From contig JARDVH010000169.1 of the NCBI GenBank assembly GCA_030324005.1, positions 12,586,198 to 12,650,197 of the forward strand: DNA of 64,000 nt, in the 5' to 3' direction. A model generated the notes under the pieces. The model saw nothing but the letters and a program-made list of their open reading frames with translations. It was not told where the DNA came from and made no database searches. Source of the stretch: Negaprion brevirostris (lineage: Eukaryota). Of the stretch, positions 35,323 through 48,600 are shown one piece after another. The translations under genes were made by a program, and so were the position numbers. Every line of letters starts with the position of its first letter. The first letter of the stretch is position 1.

Positions 35323-37469
35323 AATTAAGGATCATGTTATCCTGTATAATGTAGCTTATACTTGCTGTTAATTTGAAACTGTGCCATTTTAGTTTCATTG
35401 TCATTGAGTGAACAGCAGAGTAGGTCATAGTTTGATTGTTATTCAAGCTGCAGGTCATAACCTTAGCTTATTTTTTAAGCTTTGATTTGTAAGGTCACTG
35501 TGACATTGGAGGCCTTTGCCAAATAGTACATTTGTTAATTGTTTTTAACATGATGTAGGAATTTGAGTGAGAGGCACAGGAAATGAGGGCCAATGTACTT
35601 CTCTTAAGGTATAAAATCTTTGGGGATTAATTGCAATGTGTTGCTCCTTTCAAGTCTCTATGGATCTAGTTTATCCCATATGCTCCCTGACTTTGGTTAT
35701 CATCTTTGAGCTATGCCAGATGGATACCATGGGTGACCACTGCTTTTATTTTGCCTCCTAATGTTTGGAGAAACACCAGACGACTTCTTGACATGCCCTC
35801 CTTTATCGCCGTTTTAGTTCAGGGTTTAGCATGTGATGAATCTCTGGAGTAAACCTGTGTCCTGAGCTTTGCTGCCTTACCACCATGTCCTCCATGCATG
35901 AGAGCATCATCCTGTGTGTGAAAGATGCTTAGGTGAAAATTAATTAACTTAGATACTGAAAATGGTTACCATGAGAGCGTAATGTGGCANNNNNNNNNNG
36001 TAATAATTTATGTAGCTATTAACATAACACACAAACGTATATATACATCTCTCTCTATGAACATATACAAATAAACATAGCAATCAGCATTTAAAAATTT
36101 TTGAACCTTTTATACAGTAATTATTAAAGGTTACATTAGCTATAAAACTAAAGGCATTCCTGACAAAACTCATTACATGCCAAAACAAGCCTAGCATCTC
36201 TTTCACTGAGGGTGTAGATTTTCTTGTTACAAACCAGACTTATCTATAAAGCTATGAGATAGAGCCAAACAATTTATACACTGATAATGATGTGCCCATT
36301 GTAAATGATTTTGTCTATATCTAATATTTTCTTTTGCTGTTTCCTAAAACAAAGACTATTATCTAAAATCCAGGTTGTCACTAATATTTGTCAGTTACGT
36401 ATGAAATCCCCTGTGATGGGTCACATGGGGCCATGTACCACAGCTAGGATTAAATCTGTGATTGGATCCACTCCTACAACTTAAATTACTGTTCTCTTAT
36501 CTCAAGGTAACAGAGCGACTGTAGGCCTTGTCCCACTTTCTCCCAGATTGAATAAATGTCAGCAAAATTAATTTCATTGCCACTTAAATTAGCTCCTCAG
36601 TGTGATCTCCTGCTTCCTATCACTTTATTTCCTTAAGAATTAAATTTCCTTTTTATGTATTTTATTTCAGAAGGGAAATTCCCAGAATTGCACACGCTAT
36701 CAATAACCATTCCTCATTTCATGGAATTTACAAAGTCGAGAGCATGTTGCAGAATGCAGTAATCTTTCACTTTAATAGTCCTTCACAGAGATAGCTAAAA
36801 CTAATCTGATGTCTTGTTGCTTTTATTTTCTACATGCAGCCTCTGACTAGGAAAAAAAGTACTTTCATTAAACAGTAAGCACATATCTGATTAGCTTTGC
36901 TATCAAGAGATCCTCACTTGTACTTAATCTTCAACCTAATTTGAACAATCTCATATTATGCTTAATCATAGTCTTACAATATCAGGCTCCCTAAGAGGGT
37001 CTCAAGTTTTTTTTTTGCTGATTCATTCCTGAAAAAGAACAATCACCCAAACTTGCAAATGTGCAACTCAGCATCTCAGCGGCATGCTTTGAGTAAAGAT
37101 TTGAGAGAGGGTGCTTTATTGGACATTAAATCACAAGAATTGTGATCACTGTACAGACAGTAGCAGATTACCTACAATTAAACATGCAGAACCAGGCATA
37201 TGCATTGCCTAATTTAAAGTATATTAAAATAACAAATTGTGTTAGGAAAAATGAAAGCACCAATCTGGTTGAGTTTTACTTTCTCATTTTTGTAGATAAG
37301 GGCAGAGTCCTTTATCTCATNNNNNNNNNNNNNNNNNNNNNNNNNNNNNNNNNNNNNNNNNNNNNNNNNNNNNNNNNNNNNNNNNNNNNNNNNNNNNNNN
37401 NNNNNNNNNNNNNNNNNNNNNNNNNNNNNNNNNNNNNNNNNNNNNNNNNNNNNNNNNNNNNNNTTATAG

Positions 37470-37880
37470 ACAGTAGAGCTGAGATGGCTGAAGGTCCTGC
37501 CATAGATGATGGAGTGAGAGATTGTGAGATACACAAAAGGCCACAATCAGAAGATCAAAAAACATGGGCTGTAATGTAGTTTAGAGGAAATTGCAGAGGT
37601 AGGGTGGTTCGAGATACTGGAAGAATTTGTAAATGAGGACAAGGATATTGAATTTATTGTATTTGGGGATGAGAAAACAGTGAAATAGTTGGAAATGAAA
37701 TGATAGATGACTGGGACAGGATGTTGTTTGTGCAGCTTTTGGGTAAATTGATTTTAGTTTTAAAATTGCGGCTCAGGAACAAAGCACTGGAGACATTCAG
37801 TCTGAAGGTAACAAAATATCAAAAAATATATAAGTGTAGGTGATAAACACGAGACATAAGTTGCAAAGCTGGAATTGGTG
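37470..37880 (-). mobile_element. L2-like LINE fragment
   Basis: Minus strand FHCFLIPKYNKFNILVLIYKFFQYLEPPYLCNFL resembles the L2 LHWLP...I.FKILVL.YK....PPYL motif. Confidence 0.6.
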
Positions 37881-38909
37881 ATGTTTAAGATTGCATCTAA
37901 GCTCATAGCCAAAGAACAATTGGGCTAATCTTAACCAAGCTCACTTAGAAAACCCAGGCAATTTGGCGGAACACTGGTGTTACACCATTCTCAATAATAC
38001 ACTTCATTGGCTCCATTATATTCCTGTCAGCAAGGTTAAGTTAAAATTTCTCCCACTGGGTTTGTGCTCTGACTGGTTCTGAGTGAGCTGCAAGGAAGAA
38101 AGATGGAGTTAAGAAAACAGTGCAAGGGGAAAGGGGAAAGTCCAGTTATTTAACTTGGGAAATGGAAGAAGCCAGGCACTCAGCTTTTGGGGAGAAGGAA
38201 TTCTGAAGAGGTTGGTGGGAAGGGCATTAGATGGATGTGCACTCTTGGGCAGTGTGCAGAAATTGGGAGAGGAAAGGAGCCAGATGTACATGAATGCTGG
38301 AGGAACAAGAGCAGGAGCACAAGCTGGTGCCAATTGGTGGAACCTAAGAGAAAAAATGTCTTGCATTAACCTGAGGAGAAAATAGGGCCAATTTTTCTTT
38401 AGACATTGATCAAGGCTGAGCAACTTGTGAACTAATTTGAACCGATTTAAAATGTGCTGATCTCACTATGGAATATCTGAATTTGATGTATACAACTAAT
38501 GCCCTATGCTACGTTGCTGAGATTTTCTTTGTTCTTCTGAACAATTTGCTTCTTACAAAAGATGTTTTAGGACATGGAATACTGATAACTTATTTGCAAA
38601 ACACTGCACAATCTTTCACCGGCACTTGTTGCCACCAGTCATCACAATGCTGAAAGTGAATGAACACCTCTGAAGTAAAAGGTGTTGTTTACTTGCCTCA
38701 AGCTATGTGAAAGTGACACCAGAATGTCCTCCATGGCACCTCTTCCAGGTGTTCAGTACCTCGTATCTCTGATCTCCCGTTTACCACTGGAGGAATATTA
38801 ACACAAGGAAGACTCATTATTGTGAATACTGCATTAAGAGTGTGTTTTTCTGAAGTAACCTTCTCCAACAAATCTGCAGAAGAGAAAAAGTACAGAACAA
38901 CATCAACAA

Positions 38910-39136
38910 TCATAGAATCTACAGTGCAGAAGGAGGCCACTTAGCCCATCGAGCCTGCACCAACAACAATCCTACCCAGGTCCCATCCCCAAACCCCATA
39001 TATATTTACTCTCCAAATACCCCTGACTCTAGGGTCAATTTAGCATGGTCAATCAACCTAACCCGCACATCTTTGAACTGAGAGGAAACCGAAATCCACG
39101 CAGACACCGGGAGAATGTACAAACTCCACACAGTCA
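38910..39136 (-). mobile_element. HE1-like V-SINE, 5'-truncated
   Basis: Reverse of the V-domain and CR1-type tail; caacaat occurs on both flanks. Confidence 0.85.
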
Positions 39137-41629
39137 CAACAATATGATCCCTCTTAAGAGAACCCAATGTGCGGGTGGGGAACAGATAAATTCCAGTGTG
39201 CCATCCATGCTCAGGTCAAAAAACAACAATGTCACAAGCAGACAAGCTGATATGTTGAATTTCACTTCACATTTCTTTGGCAATCGGGCACAACTGAAGA
39301 ACAGGTGGCAGCGATCACCAGAATGGAGACCAGTAGATTCATATTTACTGGTGCCGTCAACGGCAAGGGACTCTTATACCAGTAGCCTGTCACGGTTCAT
39401 TGATGTAAAAACATCTTTACTGCATTCATAATTGTCCTTATAGTTGGTTGTGGAGAAGAATAAACATATTCATCTCTGGGCCTTAGAAGCTTTCCAGGTC
39501 AGGTATAATCTAACACTTCATTGCTAATTTGTAATTAAAACCATTTCATATTGGTAAATTGGCAAGGAAAGTACACATTGTTTCCTAACAGCTGCCATTC
39601 GGTGTAGTTAGAATCCTTAAGTAGCTCCTGTTGCTTTGTTTCAAATTTATAAAAACCGTGTGTCTCATCCCCTGGAGTTGGTCTATAATACTTTTTATAT
39701 TTGCCCGAAATTTCATCCTTAATGTTTCTTGACTGAAAACACATGGTAAACAGATTCTGTTATTCAGCTGACACCAGTTTTATTTCAAATTTGGCATCTT
39801 CCAACTGACATGAATGACAACTGTGGCAGCAATCACCTCCTCAAATCTCTCCTCGATGTCTCTCCTGGCTTCTGGCATCCTTTCTTTTTAAATTTCTATC
39901 AGATGAACATACTTTCTTTGGCATGCATTGTTGAATCTTTTCATGTTAGTTTATTGCTCCAGCAGGAGCCTTTGCCCTGCAATGCTATTTATTTTGTTTG
40001 CAACAGTTTCTCTTTTTCAAATTTATGTAAAACCAGGCACAGATCTGTTAGATTTTTTGTTGTTGCATTTTTTATTGCTTTGTTAGACGTACACGAGACT
40101 CCAAGCTTTCTTGGAAAGGGGGGCCCAAGTGATGCGGATGAGGGCAGAGTTGAGAGTCAGAAAATGGACAACTCTGAAAATTGTGCTGCCATACCACCAG
40201 CTTTTCAACCAACATAATGAATTTGGGCTGCAGTGAATGATTTAGTTCCTGCAGAAGGAACCTTTAGAGATTTATTTTATGATAAGGTTAAACTAAAGAC
40301 AATTATCCCAGCAAAGGAGAAATTTGAAAATGACTCCACCATTTTACATGTTCCATTATTGGTGGTTTTTCCACATTCGCAGCTGAGTAATTAATACAAA
40401 ATTATATGAACAATAGAAATTAGGGGTGTAAGACATAAGTGGTGGAATTTTCCAAAAATTGCACAGAGTGCTGGAACAGATGAGAAAAGCTTTGTGAAGC
40501 TTGTTGGTTTCACAGCTGCCTTTTTTAGCCTGATCAAACAGCACTGTGTAATTTTAAAATGTTGGCCAGGATTGTAGGGGGGTGGGGGTAAGTCACCAGC
40601 AAACCTGGGATTCAGAGATCAAAGGGCGCCCTTTACGATCTCACAGTAAAATAAAGCCCCTCCCCGTGGACATTGGGGTTGCCTCCCCTGCCCCCACCCA
40701 CCTGTCCCCCCACCCCACCCATAAAATTAGGACCCCCCTTGGACATTGGGAACACCCCACATTTGCACCACATTTAGAGGGGCAAACCCCCATCAACACT
40801 GGAAAACTGGGGTGCCCATCCCACACATAAGGAAATCCCCAATAGGGTCAGGTTGCCCTGCTAAGGACAGTGCCAGGACACTTCTGCCATGTCCTGCACC
40901 ACCTGAGTGCTATACTTACCTCTGCACTCCCAGCGTGGTCATCAGAATTGTTAATTTTGAAAATCAGTAGTGATTCCTGCTGGTGTGATGTCACACCAGT
41001 GGAAGTGGAGTATTTGATGCTCTTGCAAGCAATGGTGTTAAGCCTTTAATGATATTTAAGTGGAGTCAATTCTATAGAAATCAGTTTATGCCTGGCTGTG
41101 AGTCTGATTACGTTGGCAATGAGGGGACAGGGAAGAGGGAAGATCTTAAACAGAGAACTTGCTGCCACAAATCCCATTCTGACCCTCCTGAGATAGTTAG
41201 CGACCATAATGGGATTTGCACCCGTGGCAAAGGGAGAACCGCTCCCTAGATTGGCTCCCTGAAAGTACCAATCTGATTGGGTGTATTCCTGGAGGATTCA
41301 CCATATGATTGCTTGCTCCCAATTGCCCTGCTCGGTCATACAGCCATTTTATCAATCCCCAATAGCCTAATATCCAGATACTGTTGAGATAATATAATGA
41401 ATGTTCTCACCTGTGGTCTTTAACTCTCATTACACATCTCGGGTGCAACAGTGGACTGTATTGATGTGCCTATTATGATGTTGTGCTGGTTGGTTAGCTT
41501 TGGAACTGACAGGTACAGAGGAGATCTCAATTCATTAATTGCACTAATGCTCGGGGCTAATGGCCTTCATTAAGAAGGAGAAATATTGGTAAGTAGATAT
41601 TATGCAAAATAATGTTGCATCCCTAAAAT

Positions 41630-42006
41630 TTAGAAGCTTTAATGGTGATTTGGTTAAAGTTTTCAAGATATTGAAGGGAATCAATAAAGTATTTAGAGAG
41701 AAACTATTTCCACCAACTGAGGATAAAGGGGCCAGAGGAGTAGCTTAAAAATGAGAACCAGTCCTTCCAAGTGTGAAATTAGGAAACATTTGTACATATA
41801 AAAAATGATAGAAGCCTGGAAGTCTCAATGACAACTGATGGTAAATATCAGTGTTGGTTTGAAAACTGACATGAGGTTGTTCTGTTAACCAAAAATGTTC
41901 AGGATTTTGGGGCACAGGACCAATATGAAGTTGGGTTGCAGCTTTGTCATGATCTTATTGAATTGCAGAACGGTCTTGAGGGACTAAGTGACCTCCTCCT
42001 GCTCCT
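41630..42006 (+). mobile_element. CR1 3' fragment, decayed
   Basis: ggtgatttggttaaagttttcaagatattgaaggg...gtgaaattaggaaacattt...gatcttattgaattgcagaacgg...cctcctcctgctcct. Confidence 0.6.
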
Positions 42007-42074
42007 GTGGTGGCTCGGAGCATTTGTAAAAAGAAGCAGAAGGTAAATCTTGATAACTATTCCATTGTTTCAGC

Positions 42075-42375
42075 GTAGAACACAAGAACATCAAAGGTAG
42101 AAGCAGAAGTAGAGCATTTGGCTTCTTGAGCCAGCTCCGCCATTGATTATAGTTCATCCACTGCTTGAACTCTACTTTCCCATCTACTCTCCATTTACCT
42201 TGATTCGCTGAGAGACCAAAAATCTGTCTATCTCAGCCTTAAATATCTTCAGTGATGAAGCATCCACAACATTCTGGATTACAGAAATCCCAAGGTCCAC
42301 AACCCTTTGAGTGAAGAAATTTCTCCTCATCTCAGTCCTAAATAATTGTCCTCTTTTCTTGACTGTGTGCCCCTA
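42075..42375 (-). mobile_element. CR1 3' fragment
   Basis: Reverse of ttaggactgagatgaggagaaatttcttcactcaaagggttgtg and the 3' tail. Confidence 0.8.
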
Positions 42376-43159
42376 TAGACTTTTAAGTGTGACTTAATGC
42401 AAATCCCTAATGCTATATGCGTGTGTATTGAGGTCTTCAGTTGCACAGTCGTAACAGATCTCCATTCAAACACTGTATTATGGTGTGGACAGCTTATTGC
42501 ATGGAACCATAATGCAATTCGTGGACTAATTACATTTGCTTGAGACTGAGATGGAGTTGGTAAAAGTTTTCTAGATTGAGGAATGTTAAAAGCAGTTGAG
42601 ACAGAACTTCCTTGTCCAGTGGTTTCTGATGTTCTTAAACCGACAGTTTGATATTGCTCATCATTACTTGGTGCAAGTACCAGATGTAGCACAAAATAAT
42701 GTTCTTCTAGTGCAATTATTCATCTGGTAACCTCTGAACTGCTGTTTCCCCAGTGTAATCGTTTCAGATGGTAACCAAATCAATTTGCAATGTTCCAAAC
42801 ATATTTTTGGTCCAAGAAGTATTTGGTTCATCACATGAATCTTGTAGTCTACAATTCTTTTGAAAACAAATACTTTCCAGTGATTTGCCAACAGAAAATA
42901 GATAATGTGCATTTTAACGACTAGTTTTAAATCAGAATGCACAAATCTTTCTTTTACTACCTTTCTTAAAGCCTTGGGACTCTGCAAAGGGTTGATAGTG
43001 AACATTGCAGAATCCTTCCCATGGATATTAAATATGTAATATATTGTTTCCTTTGCTATGTATGCACCATTACTGAGCCAGAAAAATAAAAACATGTGCA
43101 TCAGAAAATAATTCATGCTGAACTTGAATCCAACACTAACAGTTGCCCTATATAAGGAA

Positions 43160-43252
43160 GAAAGAAAGACTTGCATTTATATTGTGCCTTTCATAACCCC
43201 AGGACATTCCAATGTGCTTTGTAGCCAATTGAAATACTCTTGAAGTGTAGTC
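43160..43252 (-). mobile_element. Deu-SINE/L2-type 3' tail
   Basis: cttgcatttatattgtgcctttcataaccccaggacattccaatgtgctttgtagccaat is the reverse of the tail at 14130-14195. Confidence 0.7.
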
Positions 43253-44432
43253 CCTGACCCAAATTTTCAGCATGATGGAGAGTCTCATGGTGAAAATGAC
43301 AGAATAGGCCAAAATTCTTAAAACGTGGCACTTCCAATTTTTGCAGAGCAGCAATGCATGCATGTTTTCTGAAAACAGTTGGCCATTATAAATCCTTAGC
43401 TGCCTCCAGCAAAGTGGGATTTTGGTAGACCAGGAGTGTGAAAACTTAAGTGTTCAGATTAGACTGGGTCAGAGTGGATCTGAACTTTGTGGATTTATTT
43501 GAATAGCCGGGGTACTACATTGGAGAGGTAAGGTACTCCTTTGAATCTGATCCCGGGGCATCTTTGGGGAGATTAGGTACCCTTTGGAGTTGGTTAGGTG
43601 CCCTTTGAATTGCTGATGGTAGACATAAACATGTGTAAAAAGTGTACAAATTCATTACTTTCAAGTTCATCGGAATTGTCAGTAGACTCGCTAAAATCAA
43701 CGATCAAAACCGAAGCACTTGTTAAAGGGACCTGTCAGGAACAAAGGAAACTGTCAATGTATTTAAAAGACCTGACCTTTAAATCTTTGAAAAAAATGGA
43801 GTGTTAAAAAATTGCTTGCCGTTGTCTTTGATAAACCTGAGAGCTTCCATTACTGGACTAGTGCTAATGATTGATTTCACAATCATCCAAGATCACAGTA
43901 GGTGCCTGCTGTTTCTCAATGTGATTAATAACCGCAAATGGTTAAAGACTCTTTGATATGGGACTATGAATTCGAGTGCTTGTTATTGTAAGGGATTGTG
44001 CACTTGAATGAAATATTTGTTGTTATAAGACTTCATTTAGTTAAATTTATTTAGTGAATGTAGTAGATTCATTTTATGATTGTGTTTTCTCTCCAGTATA
44101 TTGCATTGGATTGGTATTAGTGTTATCCAATGTATTGCTCTTCAATTTTTCTCTTGTTTAAGAGCCAGAAAATTTCAATACATTACTGATGTTGACAAAA
44201 GCCAGAACCAAGATTTTCAGTAGTATTATTAACTGATCTTGAAATATATCTTTTTAAACTTACGTATTTTTTATTTTTGTTGAGTGATATTTGGTAGGGA
44301 ATCTCATAACACTTTTGGTTTTACACTTAGAAAAAATATGCTAATTGTGACTTCATTGTGAACTAACTACCAAGACAGTCCTTATTCTGCACAGCAGGGT
44401 ACCCACCTCTCGGTTTGTCTGCCAAGAACATT

Positions 44433-45420
44433 GGGGTGAATTTTATGTTTTTCAATGGGGTGCGGAAACCTAACTCGGAAGTGTGCAGTTTATCGATTCC
44501 CACCAACTCACTTTGTAAATGCCGAATAAAGTGTGGCGCAGTCAATTAGTGGGCACCTGCTGGGAAGCTACCCAATTATAGCTGCATCCCAAACACAAAC
44601 CCTTCCTCTTCCCTTTCTCCCTTTCAAGCTTGCAGTTAGTACCATGGCCAGCTTTTAAACGCCACACCATAGAAAGCACTTGTGACTTGAGTAAATATAA
44701 TAAATAATATAGAGTTATTTTTGTTGCAGCTACATTCACATTGTCATTTGAATAGCACCTTGAAGTATGTTTATATGAGTAAAGGCTCAAAGAATTGGAT
44801 CTGCAGCCCAATAAGTCATGTGGCAGTAGGGTAATGCCAAAGTCACGGCTAGAATGTAAAGTCTCCCTGCTCTCGGAATCAGTCTTTATTAATCATTTTG
44901 AAGGTGCAAAGATGCTTAGAAAATGGAGTTAAAGATCATACAGTCACTGCCACCTGCCCACACAGAATCTGTTGGTACATTCAACTGTGGTCCCAATGGC
45001 AGGCCTTGTTTACTGCCCTTGTGTCATTCAATCTTAGCTGGCTTTTTAGATCCGATACCTGAACAATTCTGTCGTAGGGTAAAATTGTACATGATTGGCT
45101 TGTTAACAGCTATAATAGCTTATAATTTCTTTTTAGAAAATGGGATCTGTACTGTCAGAGATTAGCATGATGACATTGGCGGGATTTTCCAGTCCTCCCC
45201 ACTGCATGTTTTCTGGCAGTGGAGATAGTTCACCATGGTTCAGCCATCCCATCACCAGGAAAAAGATCAGAGGGAGTCAACTTCAGCTGGACTGAAAGAT
45301 CTTACTGACAGGAATGGCAGAAAATCCCTATCATTGGGTGGTGATCTAATGTCATCACACTGGATTGTATGTAAGCACAGGGAGACTACATGCCCAATTT
45401 CCAAACATAAAATTCACCCC
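44433..45420. mobile_element. Non-autonomous TIR element (PIF/Harbinger-like)
   Basis: Perfect 18-bp TIRs GGGGTGAATTTTATGTTT (44433-44450 / 45403-45420) and 3-bp TSD ATT. Confidence 0.7.
45178..45332. mobile_element. Small MITE-like element nested in the TIR element
   Basis: Imperfect inverted ends ggcgggattttcc / gaaaatccctatc. Confidence 0.4.
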
Positions 45421-45574
45421 ATTGTTTTACCAATCTGCACTGCATTCTCTCCATACATTAGAAACTGCCACGACAAATGTCATTAGAATGGACAATGTGC
45501 TTTTCATCTAATCTCATTCTGAAACGATAATTAATTTTTAAGTAATTAGTACTCAGTAAAGAATTGAAGGTATC

Positions 45575-45696
45575 AGCCAGAATTCTCCAACCTTGCCCAT
45601 GGTTGGGATTCTCCAGTCCTGCTGCAGTGAATGACATTTTGGCTGAATATCAAATTCTCAGTGACAATGGAGATACAAGATCAGAGAATTCCGGTC
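45575..45696. mobile_element. Small MITE-like element
   Basis: Imperfect inverted ends gccagaattctc / gagaattccggtc; internal gggattctccagtcct is similar to 45181-45200. Confidence 0.4.
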
Positions 45697-48600
45697 ACCT
45701 GAATCTTGAAGATTTTAGCACATTCGCAACCACTGTGCCTGTAGCTGGCAGTCATGAAAGAGACCCCCACCATTTTATGTGAAGATGGTTGTAAACATTG
45801 TGAATAATATCTTTTTCATGGTGATCTGTGCCACTTTAACATACTTTATCAGCAAGACGCAAACAAAGCAAATTTCTCAAAGTTCCCCATTATTATTGCA
45901 TTTAAGCATTCCATGCTTATTCTAGGACTTCTTATTCTGGATCCCATGATGTGGAACCTCCTCCCAGCCTTTCCATCCCCCATCACCATCCCTGGTTTAC
46001 TTTCCATTAACCCAACTCCCATCAGGCCCCACATCCAACCACCATCATGGTCTTTCCCCCATTGACTCATTCTACCAAAGACACCTACCTAACATATCCA
46101 GACCTTAACTTTGCCTCTTTCCTATTTGAATGCACCGGAGTGGATGCCAGTTGTTCAAGATTAACTGAAAACAATTAATACGTATTGAAGCAACAACCCA
46201 TTTCATTCTTGCAGATACTTTCAGAAACTATGAATTGAGTTACAGGCTCTAGGCCTTTAAAACAAATTGAAAATGGCCAGAACACATGCTACATTATAGA
46301 TATTCAATGCGCAATTATTAGTCCATATTTATTTTATTCTTAGTTTATCTGATGAAATGAGATTTAGCTCTTACCATAATATTGGTCAGAGTGGGTGGGA
46401 GCAGAGTGGCTGGGGGGAAAGTGAGGGGCCAGTGGCAGCAGGAGAGTATCACAACCCTTGAAGTAATTATAGACTACTTTTAGACAATGACATTGCTGTG
46501 GTCATTCAAAGTCCAGAGGCCACTGACTGTAATGAAAAATATGTCACTATTAGTGCTGTGGATGCATAATAGTATGTCAAACAGTCACTATATTCAGTAA
46601 TTAATAGGTTTAAAGTGTGCAACCATTACAGATTTTTGTGAATAAATTGTAACTCAACATTGATTTTTTTTTTATTGATTAACCACCATTTCTTAGACAT
46701 CTTATGATGCAAANNNNNNNNNNNNNNNNNNNNNNNNNNNNNNNNNNNNNNNNNNNNNNNNNNNNNNNNNNNNNNNNNNNNNNNNNNNNNNNNNNNNNNN
46801 NNNNNNNNNNNNNTTTCTTAGACATCTTATGATGCAAATGACACAATCTCACTAGCTGTGTATGTTACAATAGATTTCACAATATGGCAGGATTTCATCT
46901 GACCTGCACTCATAACATGGTGTTTCTGCATTGATGTCCTGCCACACTAGGTTCTAAAAAAAAAATTTGCATCCATGTATGTGACTATTTGAATAATTTA
47001 TTACCAAAAACAAAACTGATTTCATTACATGTTAATTTACTTGGCAAAATATGCCCAATTTTTTCGAATAAGGCTAAGAGTATTTGCTTTAATACACCTT
47101 GTTTCAAAAGGGAAACATCGCATGGAGCTTCATTCAAATGTACTTGTTATCTATATCTTTCATGAAAATGTTGTCAAAATCTAAAGGAACATGGAATTAC
47201 TGTTGTATTACTTGCAACAGCTGATTGTTGGTACAAATAATATTGATGAATAGTTTTGATACAATCGTAGAATCTGCCTTGACAAACAGACCTAAACAAG
47301 AAAACATTCAATTCCAAAATGGCAACGTACACACTTCTACAACACCCATGAATTAAACTAACAAAAACGATAACATACTGATTTGTTTTTAGCACAGAGG
47401 ACCTGATTTACAGAATATAATCTTCACACTTAAACATTGCAAGGACAATTAATTTTAGACTGAGAACAGTAACTCAGTAACATCAAATAATAAATATGTT
47501 TTGCCTCATTGCTACTGTTTATCTAAAAGAGCAAATCAATGCTTAAAAAATAAGCAGACTATCCAAGACTTTTTTGTGAGACTGAGCATATGTTACTGAT
47601 TAATATCATTGTGCTTCTAAAATCATTTTATATTGAGAGCACCCATTTAACATTGTAGATTAATTGGTTACCTCAGCTTTAAAAATCCTTAAATTGTTCA
47701 GCTCCCAGTAACAAGCAATTTGTGTTGCTGTTTATTGTATATTATAAGAAAGAGTACTGTTTCAGTTTTTTTTTGTATCTATTGCTCCTTTAATTAGTTG
47801 GTCTTTGGCAATGAATAACACTGCACTGTAAATGGACAGGCCCCCGTGTCCTAATTTTATGCAGTGGAACTGCCAAGGTTTGCTTCCAAGCATCGCTACA
47901 ATGAAAAATGGCATGCATTTTCTTGATAGTCCATGTGGTTGTAGAGTATAAATGGCTAATGAATTACAGATGAACATTGACGCAAATTAATCTTTTTGAT
48001 GTCCCTAGGTTATATGGCAGGCATTTAAAAGTTTAATCAATACACTAAAGTTGAAAACATGCAGGCACTGCAGTTGTTTGGATGTAATAAACATTAGAGG
48101 AAAACTGGAGACTTGTACTCAGTACATGTATCATAATGACAGGTATTTATGTTTAATGGACTAAATATTTTTTACTGGAAGAGAACAAATGTCAGTTTAA
48201 CTTTGAAGGTTCTGGATTTAAGTTAGCAATACAGTCTCGGGGAGATGGCTGCCATATCAAATAGTCAGTAAGGAAGCAAAAATCTAAACAATATAATGAC
48301 TAATTGGTTCTGCCTTTAGTTAACTTAATGAAGCAAAATTGTCTGAATTTTTGTTTTTGTATGTGAATATTTTCTCCTTTCTCCACAATACACAGCCTAA
48401 ACTGATTATTTAATTTTGGTAACCTAGCTTTAACCTTCTCCGCACTTTGTTGTAAGGCATTTGTTAAATTTACCGTACCTTTTTCAAACAACTGCAGGGT
48501 GAATAGTAACTATGAAGTCTAATGTTGATGCAGACCGATAAACAGTATGGATGAGATATATCCAGGCTAAAATAGCACCACACTATACTCCCTATCTCTG

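Noticed and set aside
42664-43176. 170-aa minus ORF, and 131-aa plus ORF at 23609
   Set aside because: Low-information AT-rich translations that begin in or overlap repeat remnants; no recognisable domain.
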